From NCBI GenBank assembly GCA_001662655.1, contig KV460255.1: a DNA stretch of 64,000 bases; one strand, given 5' to 3'. Below, piece by piece: positions 36,486 through 48,953 of this stretch. The first letter of the stretch is position 1. Every line of letters starts with the position of its first letter. A program made the translations under genes and the position numbers. The notes below the pieces were generated by a model. The model was given only the letters and a program-made list of their open reading frames with translations. It searched no databases and was not told where the DNA came from. The DNA is from Pseudogymnoascus verrucosus (Eukaryota).

Positions 36486-37394
36486 TCAGAGCACATCGAT
36501 CGCTCTTTCGGCCTCAGAGAACCTCACCCTTCTCTCCTTCTCCGATACCTGACTTTCCTCGGTCTTAACAGCCACACCTTCACTCCCCTTTCGCCTCCTC
36601 AGTGCGGCCCTCTTAGCCCTCGCATCTCTGGCCTCCTTATCTTCACGGGACTTATAGTCAGCCAACTGCTTGCGGCGGCGCTCGGAACGAGCCCGGGCAA
36701 TAGCAGCGGTGGGTTTGAAGCCGACGCCGTTAATACCCTCGCCATCATCATCTGGATCACTTGGGTTGTGACCAGTAATTTCAGACTCTTCCCAGTGAAG
36801 CGATGGAGGTTCCTGAGAGGGTGATGTCATAGGAGTGACAGGAGGCGAGGGCGCCGGCGAGAATTGCTGGGGTGGAGGATCAGGCGAAGGCGGAGAGGCC
36901 GGTAGCTTATGACTTGGGCGACTAGGAAGCGTTGTAGTGAGTGTAGTTGGGGTACTGGTAGAGTTGGCGCCTGTGAATATTATGTTGTTTTGCTGGCTGC
37001 CAAATGCGGCCTTCATATCAAACCGTATAGCACCAGCCGGGCCTGAAACTATATTGGAGGAGACCTGGGGTGTCTCTGGGATTTCTTTTAATCCATTCTG
37101 AGCAGATTTGACTTGCTTTCTGGATTCGCCGTTGTCAACTTTCGATGATGCCCCAAACGTCCCAAGCAGGTCCAGCCTGCTGACCCCACCAGTTCCCTCT
37201 ATTTGCAGCTCCCCAAAGCTATGGGCTACCCTGGACCGTGGAGTCTCAACCCCCGTCTCGATATCCTCTCCAGAAGACGACATTAACTTTTCTGGGAGTG
37301 TATATAACCGTCTCGAAGTGACTCTCTGCTGTGGCGAATGTGGCTTTTCATCTCGTTTCCGTTTAGGTGACGGTGCGGCGGGGTAAAGCGGCAT
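36486..37394 (-). CDS. Hypothetical protein (disordered N-terminus, conserved-looking C-terminal block)
   Basis: 302-aa intronless ORF with HWEESEITGHNPSDPDDDGEGINGVGFKPTAAIARARSERRRKQLADY followed by a basic helix. Confidence 0.75.
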   Translation of the reverse strand: MPLYPAAPSPKRKRDEKPHSPQQRVTSRRLYTLPEKLMSSSGEDIETGVETPRSRVAHSFGELQIEGTGGVSRLDLLGTFGASSKVDNGESRKQVKSAQNGLKEIPETPQVSSNIVSGPAGAIRFDMKAAFGSQQNNIIFTGANSTSTPTTLTTTLPSRPSHKLPASPPSPDPPPQQFSPAPSPPVTPMTSPSQEPPSLHWEESEITGHNPSDPDDDGEGINGVGFKPTAAIARARSERRRKQLADYKSREDKEARDARAKRAALRRRKGSEGVAVKTEESQVSEKERRVRFSEAERAIDVL

Positions 37395-38077
37395 ACTGCA
37401 TGAGGCTTACTTGAGCCCAACACAACAGATTTATGTGGTAGAACCTGAATATGATGATCACCTCAGCAGGATCGCAACAACCCCGAGAGCCTCGCGCGAG
37501 GTGTTGTTGAAGATGAGTAATTTGCCGGCCGTTTAAATGAAAACGGCAGGTGACAGTTGGCGGATGGGCGGCGGTCTTTCTTCGCTTCTAGCTTGAATCT
37601 GTGGCACACAGCGTGATTCTAAACACTTCGCTCACAAGTGAATAGATGGTGCTCGTATAGAGACGGTATAGCTACCCATATCCAGGATGCCAAGTCGGAG
37701 ATGTGACTACAGGCTGAGGACCCGATATCAATTGTGATGGTCATGAGAGTTGTGGTCTCTCTCATTATTGGGAGAAAGAGTCAGCCTTGTGGCGTAGCCT
37801 TGTTCTGGAGGCACGACCCCTTGACACGTACGATAAGATAAGGCGAGGAGTTGGTCAAATCCAGGACTATACATATGCTTCAACTAACAGACCTGTTGTC
37901 ACTTTCTCAAGGGGGCCATTCACGAGTACTATTGGAGCAAGATCACAACTTACATTGTAGCCTAGCCATACTTTGACCTCGATTGGCATATACTATGCGA
38001 TGCACCATTCAACGTCTATTGATGCTTGCCAATGGTAGTGAGAGAGCAAACACATTGATACGTTGTGCAACTTTAAA

Positions 38078-38644
38078 ATGGCACAGCTGATCCAAGAGAC
38101 AGTGATCCCTTCGCCTCCTCCTCTTCCCCCGAACCCAAAGGCCAATTCTTTGAGATCAACTATATCTGTAAGGTCGAAGAAGTTAGAACCGGCGACGCGG
38201 CCAGTGTTCGCCTCCAAAGACGCCGAGCGTCCATTTGAACCATGCCCCTTCTTCTTCTATGGCTCCCTCATGGACCCTGAAGTTCTACAGGCTGTTCTTG
38301 AACTTCCAGAGGCGCCTATTTTTGAAAGCGGATCTGTTTGCGGGTTTTCTATGAAAATGTGGGGTATGTATCCAGCACTTATACCACACGAAGGCGGGAG
38401 AGTTTCGGGGTCAATGTGGAGAGTCAACACCGAATCACATTTCCTCCGGTTGAAGGAGTATGAGACCTCCGCCTATACTTGGTGTGCGTGCGATATTGAA
38501 TTGAGTAGCGAGGAGGTTTTGAGTGGCTGTAGAACCTTCTGGTGGGCAGGGGATTCTGATAGCAGAGAGCTCGAGGAGGGAACCTTTGATCTTCAACGCT
38601 ACCAGAGGTATTTCAAAGCCTCTGTTGTTCGAAAATATCCGTAG
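38078..38644 (+). CDS. Gamma-glutamylcyclotransferase/AIG2-like protein
   Basis: ATG 38078; FFFYGSLMDPEVLQAVL, WGMYPALI, LKEYE motifs. Confidence 0.85.
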   Translation: MAQLIQETVIPSPPPLPPNPKANSLRSTISVRSKKLEPATRPVFASKDAERPFEPCPFFFYGSLMDPEVLQAVLELPEAPIFESGSVCGFSMKMWGMYPALIPHEGGRVSGSMWRVNTESHFLRLKEYETSAYTWCACDIELSSEEVLSGCRTFWWAGDSDSRELEEGTFDLQRYQRYFKASVVRKYP

Positions 38645-39020
38645 AGAGGGGTTAGCAGAATTGGCCGTGCTAGCTTCTCCACAATATGATATTATTTTCC
38701 TATTATTTACTGTATAGCGTGCGTTCTGTGGCATAGTTTCCGGAAATACATGACCCGGAGTAGCTCCGGCGTAGCGTCGTCAGCGGATTCGCGGGTGTGC
38801 GGGGTCGTTGTACTCAGCCTGATTTGAAGACGGAGCTATGGTGGGGGTATCGCTATTTACATACAGATTTCTAGCACTTCTGACGTGCTTACCTGCATTG
38901 CGCATATTATACCAGTTCATTCCTCACTGAATTCCTGTAACGCTCTGATTGTTTGCTCAAACCTTGTCAACTTCATCCAGAAATAATAAGTTGTTGAGTT
39001 GTTTTATCACAATCATAGCC

Positions 39021-40108
39021 ATGGCATCCCCCGCAGCCTTTGAGTTCCTACCCCTCGGAGCAATTATTCAGACATTCAACGTCGGAAAGACCAATATTGT
39101 CCAGGGCTTCCCCACCGCCGAGCTGTACCAAAAGCACAATGGCCCTTTCTTTGGCGAAACTATTGGCCGCGTCGCCAACAGGATCAAGGGCGCGAAGCTT
39201 GACTCTCTGAACGGGAAATCATACGCTTTGGCCGCGAACAACGGACCAAACAGCCTTCACGGTGGCGATATCGGATGGGGAAAGCGTGAGTGGGCAGGAC
39301 CTACTCCCGTTGGACAAAGGGAGATTCCAGGACTGGAAGGCGGAAAGCTTACAGGCGGAGAGAGTGTCAAGTTCACACTTAAGAGCCACGACGGCGAGGA
39401 GGGCTTCCCAGGAGACTTGGAGGTTTCGGTTATCTACACAGCAGGCACGCAACTGACTCCTGAGGGAAAGGAAGTTAATGTCTTGGCTATGGAGTACCAG
39501 GCCGAGCTTGTTGGCGGTGCCGATGAGACCGTCATTAACATGACAAACCACTCGTGAGTTCTGATAATGTTATTGCTGCAAAAAAAGGAATTAACATGAT
39601 TTGCAGATACTTCAACCTCTCCGGAGAGCCAACCATCGCAGGTACCGATGTTGAGCTCAGCACCAAGCTATACCTGCCAGTCGATGAGCACGGAATCCCA
39701 ACTGGCGGCCCAACAGTGTACGATGCGGCCGACCTCAGCAAGGCTACCTTGGGGGTTACCGAGCCTGATGTCGACGATTGCTTTGTTTTCGACGCACCAC
39801 CGAACTCCATCCCGATAGATACGAGAGACCAAGCTCTGAGGAAACTGGTCGCAGCATACCACCCAAGGACTAAGATCCATTTGGAGGTGCTCTCAACCGA
39901 ACCCTCCTTCCAGTTCTACACTGGAAAGTACATCGACGTTCCTTCGGTTGAAGGGCTTCCGGCCAGAGGCGCTAGAAGCGGTTTCTGTGTCGAGCCCAGC
40001 CGGTTCGTTAACGCTATCAATGTTGATGAGTGGAAGGGACAGGTCTTGTTGAAGAAGGGAGAGGTGTATGGAAGCCGAACAGTGTACCGCGGATGGAGCG
40101 ACGAGTAG
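39021..40108 (+). CDS. Aldose 1-epimerase (galactose mutarotase)
   Basis: Intron 39554-39606. Motifs GETIGRVANRI, SLHGG, NMTNHSYFNL, QFYTG, GFCVEP. Confidence 0.94.
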
Positions 40109-40380
40109 ATTAGTAACTGGCGCTCTAACAAGACTTCGTCGTTTAGTGTCATACAATGTCAGAGCTGGAATTGCTGTGTTTCTGAGAACTGCATCTTGTG
40201 AAAACCCAACTCAATGAAATGTGCCTGTCATTGCCGTTGATGCCACAGACAAAATCAATAGCTTTTGCTTATGCCGTCTAATTTGTTCTCCCAACACTAA
40301 GATCGTGTATACATGCCTACCGAACCCCATATAGATATTGTACACTTACTATATACATTTGTCCGTCCAAGACCCTCCTA

Positions 40381-41005
40381 TCACCAAAATTTCCAATTGC
40401 TCCTCTTCCTTGCCTCAACAGCCGCATCTTCCTCTTCCTTCTTCCTCCTCCTCTCTTTTCGCTTCTGCTCCGCTTCAGCCTCTTTCTGGGCCTTTTTGCG
40501 GTCAATAATCTCCACCGCCCTCTTCATGTTAATCTTCTCCAACCGCCTCTTCTGGAGACAGAATTCGTATGAGCCAATCCCCACCAAACAGAAGGTTCCC
40601 GCTGTCCAGTTGCATGCTCTAACAATCGGCGCTGTTTCTTGTCAGTATGGCCAGTGGACTGGGTTATTTCCGGCTTAAAAACGTACTGCCAAATAGCATC
40701 CTTGTTCCACCAATTGCAAAGGCGCTGCCAATGCTAGTGAGGAGACTCTCCCGTACGCATGGATATGTATGTATATTTTTGAAATCCTCCACTTTAACCG
40801 TCTTCGCAGCGTCCGTCAGGCTCACATTCTGTGGTCTTCTGCCCGCTGAATTTTGCCCATAGCCTTCCGGAAGTCCGTTTGCCGTCGATGTGCCGTCGAA
40901 GACCTCGTAGATCTTGGGTTTGTCGACATGCTCCGGGGGAGCAGTCGCGCCCGGCGGCGGATCCGCAGGGTGTGATTGCCGTTTGGCTCCTTTGTCGTCG
41001 GACAT
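40381..41005 (-). CDS. COX20: Cytochrome c oxidase assembly protein Cox20
   Basis: Two exons (intron ~40686-40633). PCVRESLLTSIGSAFAIGG...ACNWTAGTF...YEFC and a charged C-terminal helix. Confidence 0.88.
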
Positions 41006-41124
41006 TGTGCTGGTCGTGGGGGAATGATGAAGCTCCGAGGCACATATGATGTGGATTGAGGTACATATTGCTTTATTTGGCTTAGCTCGTTATACTTTAT
41101 TTGTGCACGGACCCCAATCGTAGG

Positions 41125-41159
41125 GCGCGTAAAGTGATTTACACGACGCGTCGCGCGTA
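41125..41159. promoter_or_regulatory. MCB-like (ACGCGT/CGCG) cluster in the COX20-POL2 divergent promoter
   Basis: ACGCGT at 41146-41151 within palindrome CGACGCGTCG, plus GCGCGT copies nearby; MBF regulation of POL2 is established in yeasts. Confidence 0.6.
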
Positions 41160-41404
41160 CACCAGTGCTGAGAAACCCAATTTGGCTGTTGGAGGGACCA
41201 CTACAGACGACAGCACTTAACTATTCATTTTGACAATTGTTGCCCGTCTGAGTAGTAAACTTCTCTACGGCGACAAATGGTTACTTTTGTGGTCTCGCAT
41301 TTCTTTTTTATTCTTCTACCTGCATTTTATACCCTGGCGACTCCAACATAACCACCTCCCCATTCGACGGGTCTTCAGCAGCTCGACAGAGCAAGAACGA
41401 GAAA

Positions 41405-44400
41405 ATGGCGGGCACTCGCCGGCCACAGAATGGCTACCGCCGCGGCGGAAAACAAGCATACCATGGCAGCCGAACGAAAACCTTCGCGGCGTCAAGTCGA
41501 AATGAGGCAACCTCCGCAGACGAAAAGCGCGAAGCCACTAAGTTGGCGAACGCTGTCGACGAGGCAATGGAGTTTGCACGATATGAGAGCGGAAGAAAAA
41601 AGACGGGCTGGCTTGTAAATCTCCAGGCCACGGAATTAGAAGACGACAACAACCCAGGCGGCCGGTCTGCGCTCGACTTATACTTTCTCGAGGACGATGG
41701 TGGCACTTTCAAGGCGGCTGTGGAGTTTGAGCCCTACTTTCTGGTCGCGGTGAAGAGGGGCTACGAGCCAGAAGCCGAGGAGTGGCTAAAGCGGGTAGCT
41801 GGAGGAGGATGTGTGAAGAGTGTGCGACGGGTGGAGAAGGAGGACTTGCAGATGCCGAATCATTTGCTTGGCTACAGGAGGACGTTTCTTGAGCTTCGGT
41901 TTGTAAACCAGGAGGACCTTTTGAGGGCGAGGAGGGATGTGATTCCCATCGCAGAGAAGAATAAGAAGCAGATGAATGCTATGGATACATATGCGGAGGT
42001 CGCCAGGTTAGTAAACCTTGACGGGGGAGAAGAGCCGAGCGTAACATATGCTAATGAGATACAGCGCGAATGCAGGCTTTGACCTTTTTGACGACGACTC
42101 ACGAGATAACGATAAACAACTTAATACGACGATTGTGGATGCGAGCGATTTCATTGTTGACATTAGAGAATATGATGTACCATATCATGTGCGGGTCCTG
42201 ATCGATTTAGACATCAGAGTCGGAAAGTGGTATGAAGTGGAAGCAAAGCATGGGCATACGTCGATAAGATGCATCACAGAGAGGTTGCAGCGAGCAGACC
42301 CAGTCATCATGGCCTACGATATCGAGACGACAAAATTACCCCTGAAATTTCCAGATGCCTCGATCGATCAGATTATGATGATATCGTATATGATTGACGG
42401 GCAGGGCTTTCTCATCACAAATCGAGAGATTGTTTCCGAGGATATTGACGATTTCGAATATACGCCTAAGCCGGAATACCAAGGGCCTTTTATGATCTTC
42501 AACGAGCCGGACGAGAAGGCGCTGATAGAGCGCTTTTTCCTACACATTAAGGAGGCAAGGCCAACAGTAATAGCGACATACAACGGAGATTTCTTTGATT
42601 GGCCATTCGTCGACGCCAGGGCCAGTGTCAACGGCATAGATATGTACCAGGAAATTGGCTGGAAGAAGGACAGTGAAGATCAGTACCAATGCAACTACAG
42701 TGTGCACATGGATTGTTTTCACTGGGTCAACCGCGACAGTTACTTGCCACAGGGAAGCCGAGGCTTGAAAGCTGTGACGGTTGCAAAGCTTGGGTACGAT
42801 CCAGATGAGCTCGACCCGGAACTGATGCTTCAGTATGCGAGCGAAAGGCCGCAAACGTTATCAGAATATTCCGTCTCCGATGCGGTGGCGACGTATTATC
42901 TGTACATGAAATACGTGCATCCCTTCATCTTCTCACTGTGTACTATTATTCCTTTAGGACCAGACGCGGTCCTCAGAAAGGGAACTGGTACTCTATGCGA
43001 AATGCTTCTGATGGTTGAAGCATATCAAAAAGAGATCGTCCTTCCGAATAAGCACGTAACTCCGAAAGAGTCTTTCTGGGATGGCCATCTTCTCGAGTCG
43101 GAGACTTACGTTGGTGGTCACGTCGAGAGTATAGAGGCTGGTGTTTTCAGGGCGGATATTCCGGTCAATTTTGCTGTTGACACCACGGCCATCGATGAGC
43201 TCTTGGCAGACCTCGATGCTGCTCTTAAATTCAGTATCACTGTCGAGGAGAAGAAGAACCTGGACGATATTACCAACTACGACGAAGTCAAGCAGCAAAT
43301 CACTGACCGCCTTATAAGCTTGAAGGCGACAGCGAACCGAAGCGAACGACCCCTTATTTACCATTTGGATGTTGCCGCTATGTATCCCAATATTATGACG
43401 ACCAATCGGCTACAACCCGATTCTATGATCAGCGAGTCAGATTGCGCAGCATGCGACTTCAATCGTCCAGGTAAGACCTGTGACAGGAGAATGCCATGGG
43501 CATGGCGTGGAGAATACCTACCCGCCAAACGCAATGAGTATAATATGATCCGGCACTCGCTCGAAAACGAGAAATTTCCCGGGAAATGGCCAAATAGCCC
43601 CGCGAGGACTTTTGAAGAATTACCAGCTGATGAACAATCTGCCTTGGTGAGGAAGCGGTTGCAAATATACAGTCAAAAGATCTATCACAAAATTCACGAT
43701 TCGACGACAATCGAGAGAGAAGCGATTATCTGTCAGCGTGAGAATCCGTTCTACATCAATACAGTCAGAGATTTCAGAGATCGTCGGTACGAATATAAAG
43801 GCCAGCACAAGGTTTGGAAGGGGAAAACGGACGCACTGAAATCTTCAGGCGCATCCCAAGCGGACATCGATAATGGCAACAAGATGATTATTCTGTTCGA
43901 CTCGCTGCAATTGGCCCACAAGGTTATTCTGAACTCCTTCTATGGATATGTCATGAGAAAAGGTTCTCGCTGGTATTCTATGGAAATGGCTGGTGTTACT
44001 TGCTTGACTGGAGCCCACATCATTCAGATGGCACGTCAGCTGGTTGAGAGGATTGGTCGACCCCTGGAACTCGACACGGATGGTATTTGGTGCATGCTTC
44101 CCGCCACATTCCCGGAGAACTACGGATTTACCATGAAGAATGGGAAGAAGTTTACTATTTCTTACCCCTGTGTCATGTTGAACCATCTTGTTCACGACAA
44201 GTTTACCAACCACCAATACCAGACGCTCAAGGACCCTGCAACCTTCAGATACGAGACACACAGCGACAACACTATCTTCTTCGAAGTCGATGGTCCATAT
44301 AAGGCCATGGTGTTGCCGACATCCAAAGAGGAAGACAAGAACTTGAAGAAGCGTTATGCAGTATTCAACGATGACGGAAGTCTGGCAGAGCTGAAGGGAT

Positions 44401-47400
44401 TCGAAGTCAAGCGAAGAGGAGAGCTGAAGCTGATCAAGATCTTCCAGCAGCAAATCTTTAAGTTCTTCCTGGAGGGGACAACACTCGCCGAGACTTATGC
44501 CGCAGTAGCCAAGGTCGCCAATAGGTGGCTTGACGTGCTGCACTCAAAGGGTGAAACACTCGCGGATGAGGAGCTCATTGACCTTATTTGCGAAAACAGG
44601 AGTATGTCAAAGACGCTTGCAGAATATGGTACGCAGAAGTCGACGTCTATCACAACAGCAAAGCGACTGGCAGATTTCCTTGGAGAGCAGATGATCAAGG
44701 ATAAGGGGTTGAACTGCAAGTATATTATCTGCGCAAGGCCCAAGTCTGCTCCGGTTACTGAGCGCGCTATTCCGGTTGCTATATTTTCTGCAGAAACATC
44801 AGTCAAGCGCTACTACCTAAGGAAGTGGCTCAAGGAAGACCCCGAGAATATGGATCCTAGAGCACTACTGGACTGGAACTACTATCTTGACCGTCTCGGG
44901 TCTGTCATCCAGAAGCTCATTACTATTCCTGCCGCGCTTCAAAAAGTCCGCAACCCCGTCCCAAGAGTTGCGCATCCGGAATGGCTTCAACGACGAATTA
45001 ACACCAAGGACGACAAGATGAAGCAGAAGAAGATGACTGATCTGTTTGCTAAGCAACCGCTGGAAGATATTACAAACCTGAAGGACCAGACTCTCGGGGA
45101 TCTGGAAGACTTCGGAACGCAAATATTGAAGCCGAAAACCATAGCCAACCTGGTTCTGTCATCTCAGTCAAAACCACAGAAGCGAAAGTCGCCCGAACCT
45201 GCAGTTCCGGTATCAGTTGACCCTTTCGCCGCTTTGCCAAAGACTATGCCTGATCCGACAGAAGACTATATTGGCTTCTTAAAGTATCAAAAGCAGAAGT
45301 GGAAGATCCAAAAGCAGGCGCGGATTCGTCGTCGACATCTCTTTGGTGAGACGCGGGCCGCTGCCTCTAGTGATATTGGAGCTACCTTCCGAGTCCAAGC
45401 CGAGCTTGTTTACAGGAGCACCTGGCAGGTGCTGCAGCTTAGTGGCACTGAAAGCCCGGGCACAGTATTGGCACATGTGTTGATTGATAACAAGGTCCAC
45501 ACCATCAAAGTGAAAGTACCACGCAGTCTATTTCTGAATATGAAAGGAAAGGATTTGCCAGATGTGGATATTGAGGGATGCTCAGCCCAGAAGGTGTCTC
45601 ACACTCTCCCGAATGGACATCCTTCAGTGCATCTATTCAAGCTCACAATGTCGGAGGATGTGTACGTCAATGAAGCCCGAAAGCTCGCACTACTCTTCAA
45701 CCACCCAAGTGTCGAAGGAGTTTATGAGAAACAAGTACCCCTGGATGTCCGCGCTTTACTGCAACTCGGCACCCTGTGCACGTTTGACGATACTCAATCT
45801 GGTGTCCTTGGTAAGGGTCTTGAGCATGGGTTTGACTTGTCCTCACTGAAGCAATCTGTGGCAAAGAACCCCTATCTGACCGACTCTCCGATGGCATACC
45901 TTTACCTGTACCATATTGTGGCAGGCGAACGCCAAATCTTCGCCATATTTTCGAGTGCGAGGGACCAAGCGCACATCGTTATCCTTCAGAACTCCAGAGA
46001 GAGTCAAGAGCTTCCGAATATCGCCAAAATATACACGGACGCCCTGGCCAAACGGTTTTCCGAGGCGGAAGGCAAGGCATGGCAAGACTGCTTTGATTAC
46101 CAAGACAAGATACAGTTCACTACTAAGGTTGTATCCACCAAGCGCAAGGCACTCCTTGAAGTGGGCGACTTGGTGAAGAAGATCAAGAACGATGAAACGA
46201 AACCACTCATGCTCGTGATTCAATCTCCACAGAAACGTATGCTTCTGCATGATATGCCAGTACTTGCCGACTTCCCAGTCTTAACGCTTCAGCACGACAA
46301 AAAGGATGTCTCGTTCCCACCTCTTGGGTGGCAAGCATTCATTGCAAAGCGCATCATCAACAACTACCTTAACCTTGGCTCATGGATCTCCGAACTCACG
46401 AACCTGGCGAGATACGGCGATGTGCCACTTTGCAATTTGGAGCGTGACGATCCAAGATTCTTGATCGATATCGCTTACGCCAGGAGGCTAGAGAAGAACA
46501 ATGTTGTGCTTTGGTGGTCAAGTGGTCCAAGACCTGATCATGCGGGTTATGAGAAGGACGATGTACTGGGGCCGCTGGAGACGGTTCAAATGCCCACTGT
46601 CAACAACCCAGGGACATATTCTTCTGTTTGCATTGAGATTGATGTCCGAAACCTGGCGATCAATACTATATTGACCTCGTCTCTGATCAACGATCTGGAA
46701 GGTTCTACAGATTCAGTAACCTTCAATCCTGCTGCTCCCCAAGATGACGCACCTACCGATGGAGCGAATGTCTTGTATTCTGACAATGCGTTCGCTGGAG
46801 CAGGTGTGACGGTACTGCGAGAGATGGTGAAGGCCTGGTGGACAGAGGCATGCAAGGGCAGCCCAATGGCGGACATGATGGTTCTGCATCTACTGCGCTG
46901 GGTCGAGAGCCCCAACTCTTTTATGTACGACCGCTCTCTACACTACTATGTGCAGATGATGTCGCGCAAGGCGTTCCAGCAACTTATGGCCGATTTCCGC
47001 CGTGTTGGCTCTCACGTCGTTTTTGCTGATGCCAACCGCCTGCTGCTACAAACTACGAAAGCTGAGGTCGGAAATGCGTACGCGTACAGTCAGTATATCC
47101 TCAAATCGATCAAGTCGAAGCCGCTTTTCCATTTTCTGGAATTGGAGATCAAGGAATACTGGGACTACCTGGTTTGGTACGACGAGTTCAACTACGGTGG
47201 GAAGGGCTGTCAGGAGGTCGTCGAAGCTGAGAACCAGACGTTGGAGTGCATCATGCACTGGCAGCTTGCAAAGTTCTTGCCCGAGCCAATGCAGCCTATC
47301 TTCAATGACTGGGTTATTCAGTTCATCGATCTGATGCACGGACTGAAGAGGCCGCAGTTCGAAGACCCCAACGCCACGCCCCGGCCTACTCTCCTCCCTG

Positions 47401-48137
47401 TCCGCGCGCTCGGTGAAGACAAGGCAGACAAGGTCGTGCTGGGCAAAACCTTTGAGAGGCCCCTAAAGCGACAAATTGCGCAGCTCATCCGCCGACAGAA
47501 GGACGAGATGCTCCACCCGGAGCTTGTCATGGACTACCGCTTCCCGTCGCTCCCGGGCTCCCATCTCACCTTTACCAACCCGGCCCTGCAGCTTGTCAAG
47601 TCTTTGATGCAGGTCCTCTCACTGGACAAGAATATCATGCTTGAGGCGCGGCTCCTTCGCAAGGAGCTCCTCATGCTCTTCGAGGTGCGCGAGTTCAGCT
47701 CCGAGGCGACATTCGTGAACCCCTCGTCCTCGCTCCGTTTCCAGCAGGTCATCTGTGACACCTGCACGATGGCGCGCGACCTAGATTTTTGCCGAGACGC
47801 GGACCTAGTACCTGACGAGGGTGCCGCGGGTGAGTCCCGACCCTGGAAGTGCGGGTACTGCGGGACGGAGTATGAGCGGATTGTGCTTGAGCAGCGGATG
47901 ATTGCGGATGTGGAGGCACTGGTGACTCAGTGGGCGACACAGGACCTGAAGTGTGTCAAGTGTAGCGGGGTGAGGATTAATGATTTTATGGAGCACTGCT
48001 CGTGCAGTGGTGAATGGGTGGGGGAGATGAAGCGCGCGGATGTAGAGAAGAAGCTGGCTATATATGAGAAGGTGGGCAAGTTTTACGAGCTCAAGATGCT
48101 GAAAACTGTGCTGGAGGATGTGCTTGGGGGGTTATAG
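41405..48137 (+). CDS. POL2: DNA polymerase epsilon catalytic subunit
   Basis: Intron ~42007-42064. Exonuclease YDIETTKLPLKFPD, polymerase motifs LDVAAMYPN, KVILNSFYGY, LELDTDG, and C-terminal Cys clusters. Confidence 0.98.
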
Positions 48138-48712
48138 AGGGGGGTGGGAAGGTGGGAACGAGGGGATTGGCATTCTGGATGATGGGATTAAAGGCGTTTT
48201 GGGGATGGGTATGATATGACTGGAGCAGGAGCTTTACATGAGCATTACATGAGCGCTTTAGTGCGGGGCTTAGATATAGGCAATGAATGGACAAATCTCA
48301 ACAACATGCTTACTGCGCTTTTAACAGGAACGAATAGAAATTCCTCCACAACACTGATGACTGTGTATGTGATTGGTAGCATTGTATGTTTTGCGGATTT
48401 TTATATTATTTGCGGCTATCGTCGCCCACTTCTATGAAGCCATGCAATTATGTAACCCCCCACTCACCCCACCAACATCCCAACACCCCGCTCCGATCCG
48501 CGCTCATAGCTAACTGTTATACGTATATATGCGTCACCCCTCTATTTATTTCTCTTCTTCCCTCTTTCTTCTTTTCATCAATCAATAATTCGATTCTCCG
48601 TCAATTTACAACCTGCATACACCAACACACGCATATTTCGACGGTATGGCATTGGATATGGCTGAGCCTCATGCATTGGAGATGTCGTCGGATCAAGGTA
48701 ACGTACAGTAAA

Positions 48713-48899
48713 AGCATGACGGGTGTCCAGGTCCTCAATTGTTTCTTTCAGCTCAGCTCAGCTCAGCTATGGAGGCTATGGTCTCACGACCCTTCCTTCA
48801 TCGCGAGTCAGACAGAGCTGGAGGAGGCAGTTGAAGACCTGGTTCTGAGAATATACCGTATGAACTTGATCTAGACAATTCTAGCGCATAAGGACATGC
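48713..48899 (+). promoter_or_regulatory. TPP (thiamine pyrophosphate) riboswitch in the NMT1 5' UTR intron
   Basis: P1 AGCATG/CATGCT; GGGTG...CTGAGA; ATACCGTATGAACTTGATCTAGACAATTCTAGCGCATAAGGA core; long P3. Lies between donors at 48644 and 48698 and the acceptor at 48937. Confidence 0.95.
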
Positions 48900-48953
48900 T
48901 TCCCCCTCCCCTGTGGTCACAAACTCATGAAGTGTAGCAAACGATCTCTCAAG

